Origin: a candidate division FCPU426 bacterium
Lineage (GTDB): Bacteria > Oederibacteriota > Muellerivitia > Muellerivitales > Muellerivitaceae
NCBI GenBank assembly: GCA_963830915.1
Contig: CAWHOE010000005.1
Span: 20,004 to 84,003 of the forward strand
DNA: 64,000 nucleotides
Reading direction: 5' to 3'
Each line of letters starts with the position of its first letter. Position 1 is the first letter of the stretch. The notes beneath the pieces were generated by a model, which was not told the origin of the DNA, did no database searches, and was given only the letters and a program-made list of their open reading frames with translations. This document shows positions 1 through 10,393 of this stretch, in pieces. A program made the translations under genes and the position numbers.

Positions 1-212
1 CGTTCGGTTTCGATATATCGCAGGGCGGTCAAAAGGTCCACCAATCGGTCTTTATCGGCGGGCCGGACGCCCTGGAGCAGTTCCATCTCCACCGTCCCGC
101 AAAGCGCCGCCCTTTTTTCCTCCAAGAGGTTGTCCAGTACCGCCACGGCCTCGCTTTGGCCCCCGCGGAAATAATCGACCCAGACCGAGGTATCAACGAG
201 AACGCTTGCCAT
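1..212 (-). CDS. PIN-domain (VapC-like) toxin, runs off the window start
   Basis: Not in the ORF track. Manual translation from ATG at 212 gives MASVLVDTSVWVDYFRGG...LCGTVEMELLQG, the PIN N-terminal DTS and E-L-L-x-G motifs. Overlaps the antitoxin 3' end. Confidence 0.85.
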   Translation of the reverse strand, partial: MASVLVDTSVWVDYFRGGQSEAVAVLDNLLEEKRAALCGTVEMELLQGVRPADKDRLVDLLTALRYIETE

Positions 213-426
213 AGGTCGCCTTGTTTTCTTGGATTTCCATGGAACGTAATTTTTCCCAATTGTATTCTATGTAAAGTTTGCCTTTTAACGCCTTCAATTG
301 CTCCAGCTTCTGGTTTTGGACCCAATCCTCCAAGGCGTGATTCACCGCTTCAGTTCGGGTCTTGGAATGGGTGTATTTCATCAACTTTTCCATCACCCCA
401 TCTTGGACGTTTATGGTGGTTCTCAT
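193..426 (-). CDS. VapB-like type II antitoxin
   Basis: MRTTINVQD...TRTEAVNHAL pattern typical of VapB/ribbon-helix-helix antitoxins; GAGGG upstream of ATG 426; directly upstream of the PIN gene. Confidence 0.8.
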   Translation of the reverse strand: MRTTINVQDGVMEKLMKYTHSKTRTEAVNHALEDWVQNQKLEQLKALKGKLYIEYNWEKLRSMEIQENKATYGKRSR

Positions 427-606
427 CGTTCCCTCCATCATCATTTATACCCATTATTATATGCTCATTGATATCATCTTTTACAGGCTTATTTGATGCT
501 ATTTCTCACAAAAATTTACCTTCACGACACAATCCCCCGCCTATTAAAAGGTAACCTCAACTCTTAGAATTGCTGGGCCGCTTCAACGAACCATGGGGAG
601 TGTGAA

Positions 607-2028
607 ATGAAGAAGAACCTTTGCTTGATATCGGTTTGGGCTTTGTTGGTCTGGGGGTCTTTCGCGTGCCTTGGCTTTTCCAAAGGCCTGCCCTGGGATG
701 ACCGGGCCGACCAGCGAACGGGCAATATCTTGCTTCTTTCCGATCTCCATCTCGACCCTTTCGCGAATCCCGCGCTGGTGAAAAAGCTCATCGCCGAGCC
801 GGTGGACCAGTGGGAAAGCATCTTTCAATCCGACCCAGGCGCGGCCTTCGCGGCCCCTGGCAAGGACACCAATTATCCCCTGCTGGTTTCGGCCCTCCAG
901 GAAGCCCAAACAAAGGGCCCCTACGACTTTGCCGTAGTGACGGGCGATTACCTGGTGCATGAATCCCGGGACCTTTTCGAGCCGCTGGGCGGCAAGGACG
1001 AGCGAACCTACGAGGAATTCGTGACCAAGGTCGAGGTCTTCGTTTCCCGGGAGGTCCAAAAGATCCTGGCCGGCACGCCTGTTTATTTTTCCCTGGGCAA
1101 CAACGACTCGGAATGCGGGGATTACATGATGGCCACCCACACGGACTTTTTAGACCAGATCGCCAAGGAATGGGCCGTGCTACAGGACCATCCGGAAGCC
1201 CTCAAGACCATGGCCGAGGCCGGTTATTACGAATTACCCCACCCCACCCTGGCCAAGACCCGCTTGATCGTCATCAACGACATCTATTGGTCGAACCGCT
1301 ATTCCAGCGACAGCTGTCATTCCCTGCCGAACGATGTGGCGGGGGGCGATGAGTTCACCTGGCTAAAGGGCCGTTTGGCGGACGCCCGCGCGAAAAAAGA
1401 GAAGGTCCAGTTGGTCATGCATATCCCTCCCCAAACGGATGTCTATGGCACCCTCAAGGCCCTGCTGAAACCCGACGGGAAAAAGCCCGGCAAGTTCTTT
1501 TGGGGTAGCGAGAACGAGGACCAATTCACCAAGCTCATGAGGGACTATTCGGACACGGTCCAGTTCATCTTCGCGGGCCATACCCACATGGATGACTTCA
1601 AGCTTTTGCGCGATAACCAGGGAAAGATCTTCCTGGTCACCCATATCTGCCCGGCGGTCAGCCCTATCCGGTTCAACAACCCGGCTTTTCAAGTGATGGA
1701 ATATGACAAGACCGATGGGAACATCCGGGATATGACGACCTATTACCTGACCAATCTAACGACCGCCAAAGGCGCCCAGGGAGGCCAATGGGCCCTGGAA
1801 TATGACTTTGACCAGACCTACAAGTTGAAGGGGTATAACGCCAAGAGTTTGAAAAGCCTAACCGACCTTATCGATTCGGATGAGGCCACCCGCGCCAATT
1901 TCGCGAAGTTTTACCCGGTTTCGGCGGAAGAGACCATCACCGCGGATCAGTGGAAGAAGATAAACCCGCTACGGCTGGTCGCCACTCAGGAGGAATTGGA
2001 TGAGACATTAGGAAAGGCACGGCCATAA
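607..2028 (+). CDS. Secreted calcineurin-like metallophosphoesterase (acid sphingomyelinase-like phosphodiesterase type)
   Basis: Signal peptide; DLHLD, TGD, GNND, HIPP and GHTH metal-binding motifs; NNPAF motif. Confidence 0.85.
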   Translation: MKKNLCLISVWALLVWGSFACLGFSKGLPWDDRADQRTGNILLLSDLHLDPFANPALVKKLIAEPVDQWESIFQSDPGAAFAAPGKDTNYPLLVSALQEAQTKGPYDFAVVTGDYLVHESRDLFEPLGGKDERTYEEFVTKVEVFVSREVQKILAGTPVYFSLGNNDSECGDYMMATHTDFLDQIAKEWAVLQDHPEALKTMAEAGYYELPHPTLAKTRLIVINDIYWSNRYSSDSCHSLPNDVAGGDEFTWLKGRLADARAKKEKVQLVMHIPPQTDVYGTLKALLKPDGKKPGKFFWGSENEDQFTKLMRDYSDTVQFIFAGHTHMDDFKLLRDNQGKIFLVTHICPAVSPIRFNNPAFQVMEYDKTDGNIRDMTTYYLTNLTTAKGAQGGQWALEYDFDQTYKLKGYNAKSLKSLTDLIDSDEATRANFAKFYPVSAEETITADQWKKINPLRLVATQEELDETLGKARP

Positions 2029-2108
2029 CGGTGAGTTTTGAAAACCAACGCGTTTTTCTAAACAGTTACAAAGATGGGTCCGTCTTTAGCTGGCCCCACC
2101 TATATAGA

Positions 2109-3554
2109 TCAGAGACCTAATTTATCCTGAAGGTTTTTCACCACTTCTTCTTTTTTCTTCAGCCCCTCCCACGAATAAACGGTTTTTCCGTTCTTAAAGA
2201 GGAACGATGCGGGAATCGCGTCGATCTTATACTTTTTTGAAACCTCCGGGCTAGCGTCCGTATCCACTCGGATCACCTGAAGTTTTCCATGATATTCATT
2301 GGCAATTTCTTCCACGATGGGACTATATCTGGCACAGGGGCCGCACCAGACTGCGTAGAAATCAACGAGAACCGGAAGTTTGGAGCCCAGGACCATCTTT
2401 TTGAAAGTCTTATCGTTCGCGATCGGAAGGGCAAAAGCCTGGTGGGTCGTGTTCATGTTGTTCTGATGGAATTTGGGCCAAGGTGATACCGCCAAAGGGC
2501 TCTTCCCCGGGAGCGCGTAAAACTTTTTATCATAGGACCCAAAATAGACCGTTCCATCCGGCCCGATGGCTGGCGAGGTGGCGATTTCCACACCAGTCTT
2601 AAAGGTCCATAACAATTTCCCGGCCGGGCTCAGGGCGTAAAATTTCCCACCCTTGGAGCCGATGTATAGGGTTCCATCATCGGCTATCGCGGGTGTGGAA
2701 TCGATCACGCTGTCGGTTTTGTAACGCCAATTTTCGTTCCCATCAGGATTGATGGCATAAACGTAATTGTCGTTATATCCGAAATATATCGTCCCGTATT
2801 TACCGAGGGAGGGCGAACCCCAGCTTTCAGACTTCGTGAAACCCGTGATGTATTTCCACAGCCTTTTCCCAGTGGGGTCATAAGCCCTCAGATCCCAGCC
2901 CGTGGCGACCACATAGATCGTCCCATCGCTCCCGATCGTGGCTGTGGAGTAGATCGCGCTGCCAACATCGGTCTTCCACTTCAAATGTCCCGAGGGTTTC
3001 AAGGCGTAAAGATAGCCATCCGTTGAACCGATATAGATAGTCCCGTCGTTCCCGATGGATGGAGATGATTCGATCCGTTGTCCAGTGGCAAAGAACCATT
3101 TCAACTTCCCCGCCGGGCTGATTGCGTATAATTTATGATTTCGGTTACCGATATAGATAGTTCCGTCGTTCCCGATCGCAGGTGAGGAAAAGAAAATATC
3201 TCCCATCGTCATATAGGACCACTTCAGTTTCCCTTGAGGATCGATGGCATAGACTTTTCCATCTTCAGAACCGATGTAAATAGTCCCATCATTCCCGATG
3301 GTGGGGGAAGAACCTATACGGCCCCCTGAGAGGAAAGACCATTTCAATGTTCCATCGGGATTCACGGCATAAAGCTTAAAATCCATAGAGCCGAAATAGA
3401 TCGTGCCGTCATTTCCAATGGCTGGGGAGGAGTTGACATGCCCCCCCGTGGCAAAGAACCATTTTGGGCGCGGACTGGAACAGGATTGGAGAAATACAGC
3501 TAATAAAAAGAAGGTCAATATTAAATAGTGTTTGCGACCCGGATGAATTCTCAT
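2109..3554 (-). CDS. Lipoprotein: PQQ-like beta-propeller repeats fused to a C-terminal thioredoxin domain
   Basis: Lipobox LQSC; eight SSPAIGNDGTIYIGS...YA..P.G.LKW repeats; WPKFHQN; then VLVDFYAVWCGPC thioredoxin motif. Confidence 0.85.
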   Translation of the reverse strand: MRIHPGRKHYLILTFFLLAVFLQSCSSPRPKWFFATGGHVNSSPAIGNDGTIYFGSMDFKLYAVNPDGTLKWSFLSGGRIGSSPTIGNDGTIYIGSEDGKVYAIDPQGKLKWSYMTMGDIFFSSPAIGNDGTIYIGNRNHKLYAISPAGKLKWFFATGQRIESSPSIGNDGTIYIGSTDGYLYALKPSGHLKWKTDVGSAIYSTATIGSDGTIYVVATGWDLRAYDPTGKRLWKYITGFTKSESWGSPSLGKYGTIYFGYNDNYVYAINPDGNENWRYKTDSVIDSTPAIADDGTLYIGSKGGKFYALSPAGKLLWTFKTGVEIATSPAIGPDGTVYFGSYDKKFYALPGKSPLAVSPWPKFHQNNMNTTHQAFALPIANDKTFKKMVLGSKLPVLVDFYAVWCGPCARYSPIVEEIANEYHGKLQVIRVDTDASPEVSKKYKIDAIPASFLFKNGKTVYSWEGLKKKEEVVKNLQDKLGL

Positions 3555-3638
3555 ATACCGACCTCCTTTAAAACATAGAAATTCCTAAATTTCCTAAAGC
3601 GAGCGTCAATTATTAAATTCGACCCTTATCGGATAATC

Positions 3639-4430
3639 TTATTTTTGCCAGTGATAAACCTGATCCGGAAAATGCTTACTTTCATTATTTACATGCACAG
3701 TTATATTTTCGCAGTCTTCACTAATGGATATTGTCCAATAGGAATCAATAATCTGGTGGCCAGTAATTGGCCATTTGTGCATTTCAAATAATTCCGCCCC
3801 GTCTCCCGCGCAGTCACTAATTCGATTGGGATTAAATACCGCTTGAACTAAATTATTGTTTTTTACATCAATAACGAACCATGCCCCACAATGAATCTGT
3901 TGACCCATGTATCTTCTGCCTTCCATATTTTTAATCCAATCGTCTTTATGAGCCGCAACCTCCTTTTTGGCGTCAATGGCGTAGATTTTGTCCTGGGCCT
4001 CGCGAGCGTCTTTGGATTTAGGCCCGGTTAATAAATACAATTTCAACGTGTTTTCGGCCTCTTCAAACTGCTCATCGGCCTCAAGGGCTTGGGCCAAATT
4101 GTAATAAGTAGTTCCCCACCAAGGGGCCAATAGAAGAGCCTGATTGAATTCACCAATGGCCAGTTCATATCCGTTTTTCTCCATAGCGGCCTTGAACATG
4201 ACCCCCGCCTTGACTGCGTGTTGCCGTGCCTCTTCTGGTATGGTCGGCTTAACTTTCTTTGCTAGTTTGATGATCTTTTCCCGCAGTTCTTGGTTGGAAG
4301 GGTCGTTCTGGAGGTCAGAAACGTATTGCTTGAGCTGGGCTTTTGGACTGTCGGCATTGACCACCGCCGAGGAGAAAAATATAAGTATCAGTGTCAAAAA
4401 TAATATCCCCGTTATTTTATTGATGTTCAT
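3639..4430 (-). CDS. Secreted TPR protein, paralogue 5 of tandem family
   Basis: Signal peptide, QLKQYVSDLQNDPSNQELREKII motif, TPR (ALLLAPWWGTTYYNLAQA), unique C-terminus. Confidence 0.8.
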   Translation of the reverse strand: MNINKITGILFLTLILIFFSSAVVNADSPKAQLKQYVSDLQNDPSNQELREKIIKLAKKVKPTIPEEARQHAVKAGVMFKAAMEKNGYELAIGEFNQALLLAPWWGTTYYNLAQALEADEQFEEAENTLKLYLLTGPKSKDAREAQDKIYAIDAKKEVAAHKDDWIKNMEGRRYMGQQIHCGAWFVIDVKNNNLVQAVFNPNRISDCAGDGAELFEMHKWPITGHQIIDSYWTISISEDCENITVHVNNESKHFPDQVYHWQK

Positions 4431-4464
4431 TTGAGATTCTCCGTACTAAAAGATGATTTTCTAA

Positions 4465-5292
4465 TCATTTAACCCTGCCACAAGAAACATTATGTTGGCC
4501 AAACACGCTTCCATCAGAATCAATGAATTGTTGTGTTCCTTGTAATGTTTCTCCATTATTTATCAAAGTAAAATTGTACTTAATAAGACCACTTTGCGGA
4601 TTTCCCGCGTGAAATGAAATATTATTTCCATCAACAACGACCGATTGGTAAAAGGCACTCCCAGAATTAGAAAAATCCTTTACCGAATAACTCCCATCCG
4701 AAAGCCGAGAAATCAGAAGATGGCCCATATTCCCAACGGTACCAGTACCCGCCCCTATGCTCGGTAGCCATTCTCCTTCCAAAGTTTCCGTTCTTTCCTT
4801 TTCTACCGCTGCCTGCTTCACAGCTTGGTCTTTCTTCGCGTCAATCACATAAATTTCATCTTGCGCATCACGGGCGTCCTTCGGCCCTGTGGCGACATAT
4901 AGTTTTAAGGCGTTTTCAGCTTGTTCGTATTGCTCGTCACCTTTTAGAGCAATCGCCAAAGAACGGTAGGCTTTACCCCACCAAGGGGCAACCAGCAAAG
5001 CTTGGTTGTAATCTGTAATCGCCTGTTCGTAGTCGCTTTTATCTTTTGGATCTTTCATGAGGGTTTGACCCTTTATAAAGTTCCCACGCGCCTCTTCAGG
5101 TATGGATGGCTTCACCTTTTTTGCCAATTTGATGATCTTCTCCCGTAATTCTTGGTTGGAGGGATCGTTCTGAAGGTCGGAAACGTATTGTTTGAGTTGA
5201 TCCTTGGGGCTTCCGGCTCGGGCCATTACTATCGGCAATAACATAATCGTCAATACCACAAATATATTTCTCAAACTCTTAATAATTTTCAT
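4465..5292 (-). CDS. Secreted TPR protein, paralogue 4 of tandem family
   Basis: Same N-terminal module; GGAGG upstream of ATG 5292; unique beta-rich C-terminus. Confidence 0.8.
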   Translation of the reverse strand: MKIIKSLRNIFVVLTIMLLPIVMARAGSPKDQLKQYVSDLQNDPSNQELREKIIKLAKKVKPSIPEEARGNFIKGQTLMKDPKDKSDYEQAITDYNQALLVAPWWGKAYRSLAIALKGDEQYEQAENALKLYVATGPKDARDAQDEIYVIDAKKDQAVKQAAVEKERTETLEGEWLPSIGAGTGTVGNMGHLLISRLSDGSYSVKDFSNSGSAFYQSVVVDGNNISFHAGNPQSGLIKYNFTLINNGETLQGTQQFIDSDGSVFGQHNVSCGRVK

Positions 5293-5343
5293 CTTTGCGA
5301 TACCTCCCATTCCTTAAACTAAAACCTCAGAAATCAAACAATA

Positions 5344-6204
5344 TTATTTAACTCGGATAAAAGTCACACTTGCTGAGTTATGGCTTATAAATTTCCCATC
5401 GTGGTAATAATCATTTCCTGTGTTGACCAACTTCCCATCGTCCGTTAAATAAGCTTTATAGAAAAATACATAAGCATAATTACCGCTCTTATCAAGAACT
5501 ACTGATGAACCTGTATTCCAATAACTAATGTTTTTGCCATTTACTTCAATTTGATAAAACTTACAACCCTCAGGTTTGATTCCATACTTCTTATCGACTT
5601 CTGGATTGTCTCCATTTTTCATGAAATAATTCCCAGAATTATCTTTTCCAATGATTAACGGATAATATTGATCGCAGTCTCCATCCCAACACCATTCGCC
5701 CTCAAAACTTTCTAATTTTTTCTTTTTTTCTCCGGCATCTTCTACTTCTCCAATTTTTTCCAATACTGCCGCTCGGTCGTTTGCATGAGGCTTCGCCACT
5801 AAATAGAGCTTGAAACTTTGAACAGCCTCATCCGCCATTCCAGCAGCCTGGTCAGCCAAACCCATGTTGTAGTAGATATCAGCCCGCCAAGGAGCCAACA
5901 GTGATGCTTTCTCGAATTCATTCGCCGCGTTTTTGAAATCTTCAGGATTTTGGGCCGATTTCATGGCATGAAAAGCTTTCCCCTTCTGGATCACAAATTC
6001 ATCAGAAAGATTGGGTTTTGTGTTCATGGAAAGGACGAATTTGATTATTTTTTCCCGCAGTTCCTGATTATTCGGATCATTTTGAAGGTCGGATACGTAT
6101 TGCTTGAGTTGGGTCTTGGGGCTTGAGGCTATTGCGGGACTGATGATAAAAAATAGCGATAAAACACTAGATATCAATAAACCTAACGCGAATTTAACTT
6201 TCAT
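5344..6204 (-). CDS. Secreted TPR protein, paralogue 3 of tandem family
   Basis: Same N-terminal module (APWRADIYYNMGLA); GGAGG upstream of ATG 6204. Confidence 0.8.
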   Translation of the reverse strand: MKVKFALGLLISSVLSLFFIISPAIASSPKTQLKQYVSDLQNDPNNQELREKIIKFVLSMNTKPNLSDEFVIQKGKAFHAMKSAQNPEDFKNAANEFEKASLLAPWRADIYYNMGLADQAAGMADEAVQSFKLYLVAKPHANDRAAVLEKIGEVEDAGEKKKKLESFEGEWCWDGDCDQYYPLIIGKDNSGNYFMKNGDNPEVDKKYGIKPEGCKFYQIEVNGKNISYWNTGSSVVLDKSGNYAYVFFYKAYLTDDGKLVNTGNDYYHDGKFISHNSASVTFIRVK

Positions 6205-6278
6205 AATATCCTCCAATTTATTTAAAAAGAACAAAGCCAAATACGAAAAAACTTAACCGTTATTTCATTTTTTAGTAA

Positions 6279-7481
6279 TTAATGGACGATATTCCCACTT
6301 GCATCCACAATCCTGCGCAAACTTGGATCGAAATAATATTGCTCCCCGTTGATATTGCCAATAAAAGTTTTATTTCCAGCTTTTAGATTCCCTTCAGCAC
6401 CACCTTTATCTTGATAATTACCCCACGGGACAATAAATTTAGGATTGAGGTCCTGCTCAATATCATTTTCCAAAGCACTACTCACACTTTCCGGATAAAA
6501 CAATAAATACGCCGCCCCAAATCCACCTTGCGCAAAAACATAAAATCTTTGATTCCCCATTGATACTTCATACCCAGCAGAAACTGCTTGTTGTGCCCGT
6601 TCTTTAAGTAATTCTTTCAAGCTTGTATGGGCATTAGGAAAGGATGAACCGGAAGGACTTAACAAAATGTCAATATCACCGGCGCCAACATCTTTCATTA
6701 CAAGAATTAAATTGTCATTTACAGATCCTATATGGATATTTACATACTGTGTTCCCCGGCCATTTAAATCATATTCAACGCTTAGTGCATTTACCGGTTC
6801 AGTTACATCAAAAATACCCAATTTATTTTCAAAAGTTCCATTTGTTAATACTTTCATTCCAATTGTTCTATTGGATCCACCTTGGCCAACAGGCATGTCT
6901 AACGAAATACCGCCATATATATACATATCTTTAAAACCGAAAGACAAATCGGTATGCCGACCGCCATACTTTGCTGCCATTTCTGTATTTTCCTTTTCTT
7001 CCCTTTTAAAAGCGCTATTCAATTTCTTAATTTTCGCTAAAACTTCCACACGATCCTTAGCGCCAGGTTTCGCAATTAAATACAACTTATAATTTGAAGA
7101 GGCCTTTCCTGGCTTCCCGGCTTTTTCCAATACAAGCCCCATGTTGTAATATATTTCCGCTTTCCAAGGCGCCTTTATACTTGCTTTCAGAAAAGCCTCA
7201 TAAGCATGATCAAAATCAGCTGCGCTATGTGCTTTTTCAACATCCGCAAAACCTTTTGTTTTCCAAATTACATACTCATCAGGTGTTGAAGGTTTTGTTT
7301 CCATGTTCAATACCAACTTTATAATTTTTTCTCTCAATTTAAAATTATGTGAGTCGTTCTGGAGGTCTGAAACATATTGCTGAAGCTGGGCATTTGAGCT
7401 CGTGGCCAAAACAGACCCCAATGGTAAAAAAACAAGCAACAAACATATACCTAAAATTTGAGCCGCGATTTTTCCCTTCAT
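6279..7481 (-). CDS. Secreted TPR protein, paralogue 2 of tandem family (long C-terminal domain)
   Basis: Same N-terminal module (APWKAEIYYNMGLV); AGGAGG RBS; about 230-aa unique C-terminus. Confidence 0.8.
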   Translation of the reverse strand: MKGKIAAQILGICLLLVFLPLGSVLATSSNAQLQQYVSDLQNDSHNFKLREKIIKLVLNMETKPSTPDEYVIWKTKGFADVEKAHSAADFDHAYEAFLKASIKAPWKAEIYYNMGLVLEKAGKPGKASSNYKLYLIAKPGAKDRVEVLAKIKKLNSAFKREEKENTEMAAKYGGRHTDLSFGFKDMYIYGGISLDMPVGQGGSNRTIGMKVLTNGTFENKLGIFDVTEPVNALSVEYDLNGRGTQYVNIHIGSVNDNLILVMKDVGAGDIDILLSPSGSSFPNAHTSLKELLKERAQQAVSAGYEVSMGNQRFYVFAQGGFGAAYLLFYPESVSSALENDIEQDLNPKFIVPWGNYQDKGGAEGNLKAGNKTFIGNINGEQYYFDPSLRRIVDASGNIVH

Positions 7482-7515
7482 AACTTCCTCCTAAGATATT
7501 CTTCTCGAATTACTA

Positions 7516-8415
7516 TCAAGCCGTGACACCTAACCTTGATGGGCTTTCATAAGGTTTTGACACCAGCTGAAAATCCATATCCGACAATTTCAAACAATTT
7601 CCCTTCGCGTCATATTCCCAGGCATAACCTTTGAGATTGGCTTCTAAACAAACAGGGCATTTCACTTCCGTTATCTGCAGATCGTAATGCGGATACTTTT
7701 CAAACTCTTTGCTCCTCCGTATTTCCGGCGTGAAGATCTTCTCTTGTTCAATCTTTTGTTCTTTAAGACGTTTTATCATTTTTAAATAATCCCCTTTGCC
7801 CGCAATTTCCCTCAGCTGCGCGAGCTCATCCCTGAATCGTCCAGACTCAGATCTTGAATAGAGGATATTTATATTCTCGGATTTCTTCTTGTAACAGGAA
7901 CATCGGGGACAATAGGTGAAAAAGAGCGATATTAGGAAAGTTATGAACGTAAAGAAAAAACCGCAGATGAGCATGTTCGCCACAAGCAACAGACTTGAGC
8001 CGAGCGAGCCAAATTTCAATTTTGTTTCCCCGGACAGCTGGTCCACAACGACCGTTTCTTTTAGGATTTCCTTCATGTAAACAACAAAACCGTTCATACT
8101 CGGGCCGAGTTGTCCGATCGAGCCCGTGGACCCGTTCATGCCCATGAGATCCCTCATGTAATTCCCGAAATAGGTCACCCCAAACGCCAAAGTGGCCACC
8201 GCAATTAAAATGACGTAGTCCCTGCCGGTGAATCCCACGGACAGGGCTTTACCGATAATGAATATGGGGATCGCTATGACCAATCCGAAGCAAGCGCCCG
8301 ACATGGGGATAAACCAATGAAACAGTTCGGGACCCATGATGCTGGAAGGCACCAGACCATAAGCCAAAGCGAAGATCACCATTAAAACAATCAATACAAA
8401 AACCTTGGTATTCAC
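7516..8415 (-). CDS. Hypothetical membrane protein (about 4 TM) with C-terminal CPRC/CPVC putative zinc ribbon
   Basis: Hydrophobic segments in the N-terminal half; two CxxC pairs; GTG start. Confidence 0.7.
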   Translation of the reverse strand: MNTKVFVLIVLMVIFALAYGLVPSSIMGPELFHWFIPMSGACFGLVIAIPIFIIGKALSVGFTGRDYVILIAVATLAFGVTYFGNYMRDLMGMNGSTGSIGQLGPSMNGFVVYMKEILKETVVVDQLSGETKLKFGSLGSSLLLVANMLICGFFFTFITFLISLFFTYCPRCSCYKKKSENINILYSRSESGRFRDELAQLREIAGKGDYLKMIKRLKEQKIEQEKIFTPEIRRSKEFEKYPHYDLQITEVKCPVCLEANLKGYAWEYDAKGNCLKLSDMDFQLVSKPYESPSRLGVTA

Positions 8416-8555
8416 ATTTACTTTCCTTAGGCTTTGTTTTCATCCTCAATAACAATTTAATAGTCTATTCATTCAATCTCTGTCATGCGCGCCACTCTGC
8501 CTGCCGGAAATATTTTCATTTAATAAAATCTTAAAAATAATGCCCGGTTATTGTT

Positions 8556-9338
8556 TTATTGTTGCAAGACATAATTCTTATTAACGAATACACTTCCTCT
8601 GTTTTTACTAGTTGAATTAATAGTGGTGCCGTCATCGCTAATTGTAAATGTCGTCTCTACCCCATTCTCAAAGTTATATGTGGATTGACGGCCCTGGATT
8701 TCAAGATGATTCTCCGGCGGTTTTAATTCTTGGTAATAATTTGTCGGAGTATAGAGATTCCCTAAAACAAAATAATTTCCTTTTACATCTAGCGTCTGCC
8801 AATCTTGTCCTTCCCGAATCAAATATCTTTTCCCATCTAGTTGCTTCAACCAATCATTCTTATGGGCCGCAGCTTCTTTCTTTGCGTCAATAACATATAT
8901 CTCATCTTGCGCGTCCCGGACATTCTTAGGCCCTGTCGCAATATATAGTTTCAAAGCGTTTTCCGCGGCTTCAAACTGCTCGTCCTTTTTCAGAGCAATC
9001 GCGAGATAACGATAAGGCAAGCCCCACCAAGGAGCTGCTAATAACGTCTGTTTGTATTCCGAAATCGCGAGTTCATATTCATTTTTGTCTTTCGCGTCCT
9101 TCATAAGGGTTTGGGCTTTAATAAAGTTCCCACGGGCCACTTCCGGTATCGCTGGTTTTATATTCCGGGCTAGCCTGATGATCTTTTCCCGCAGTTCCTG
9201 ATTGTCCGGATCATTTTGAAGGTCGTTAACGTATTGCTTAAGCTGGGTTTTAGAGCTTGTGGCCCACACTGCCCTTAGTGGAAATAAAATCAACAACAAA
9301 CTGAAACCTAATATTAGAACCGCGATTTTTCCCTTCAT
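8556..9338 (-). CDS. Secreted TPR protein, paralogue 1 of tandem family
   Basis: Same N-terminal module; AGGAGG RBS; signal peptide nearly identical to that of 6279..7481. Confidence 0.8.
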   Translation of the reverse strand: MKGKIAVLILGFSLLLILFPLRAVWATSSKTQLKQYVNDLQNDPDNQELREKIIRLARNIKPAIPEVARGNFIKAQTLMKDAKDKNEYELAISEYKQTLLAAPWWGLPYRYLAIALKKDEQFEAAENALKLYIATGPKNVRDAQDEIYVIDAKKEAAAHKNDWLKQLDGKRYLIREGQDWQTLDVKGNYFVLGNLYTPTNYYQELKPPENHLEIQGRQSTYNFENGVETTFTISDDGTTINSTSKNRGSVFVNKNYVLQQ

Positions 9339-9381
9339 AACTTCCTCCTATATTCTTAATAAGTTTATTTATTGCGCCCAA

Positions 9382-10375
9382 TCACTTCGCGGGATTCTCC
9401 AAAGCCTGCAAAGCCTTTTGAAAACCGGATGCTTCAGTCGATTCTTTTGAGCACCATTTAAGGTCGATCGTCGCTTGTTCCTTATCACCCACCGCCCAGA
9501 AACACGCGGCCCGAACGGTCCCCCTTTTAACCATTTCTTTCACCGCGTTATAAGTGGCAGGGGTATTTCCGTTTTTCGAACCCGCCAGTGACTGGTTGGG
9601 TTTGCCCATTGGACCCAGCGATTTTTCGATCAAATTATCCAAGGATTGATCCAAAGCCTTGTCGGCCACCCCAGCCGCCTCGTCGTGGGTTTTGGTAGGG
9701 GGAAATAGGTAGGTCTTGATCTCCATCTCCGAGACCTTGTTTGAATCCGGGAACAGATAGGTCATCATTTCCCGTTCGGACTTTAAGTTGGCTGTTCTTC
9801 GTTTCAACCGCCCATTCTTTTTCCCGTCGGATCGTAAAGGTCCCCAGACTCGCCAACCGCCACAATGCCTTGTTTTTGGGGTCTTTTACCAAGCCTTGTT
9901 GAAACCAGGCCAAAGCCGCGGGCCAATCATGGGCTTCAACACATTTGTACCCTTTATGAGCTTCTCTTACGGCGGGCGAGTTTTCGATCTCGGCCCCCAT
10001 ATCAGGTACTGGCTCTTCCGCCCCCCTGGCATCAACGACGGAAGAATCCTCACAAATGTCGACTTCCCGGTTGTAATTCAAAACTTGGTGAGTAATGGCA
10101 TCTTTTTCTTTTTGTAGTTCTTGGAATTGCGCTTGGGTTTGTTGTTCGGCTGTTTTGGCGTTGAACAGGTCTGCCTTGGCTCCGAGCGCGGCGATCTGCG
10201 CTTTTAAATCGTCCAATTCTTGATTGAATTTCGCCTTCTCGGCCTCCGAAACACCGCCGGTGGGAAAGGGTTCAAAAGCGGGGATTTTTTGCGCTAAGAC
10301 CTTTTCCGGGAACCATCCCAAAAAACAGAAGGTAATGATCCAGATGCCGATCAATACAGGTTTATGAACAGTCAT
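9382..10375 (-). CDS. Secreted coiled-coil/TPR protein, split by one frameshift near 9815
   Basis: ORF 9635..10375 (signal peptide, coiled coil, TPR-like helix pair) overlaps ORF 9382..9807; removing one base near AAAGAATGG joins them into one reading frame. Confidence 0.6.
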
Positions 10376-10393
10376 AAAAAAGCCTCCTAGGTC

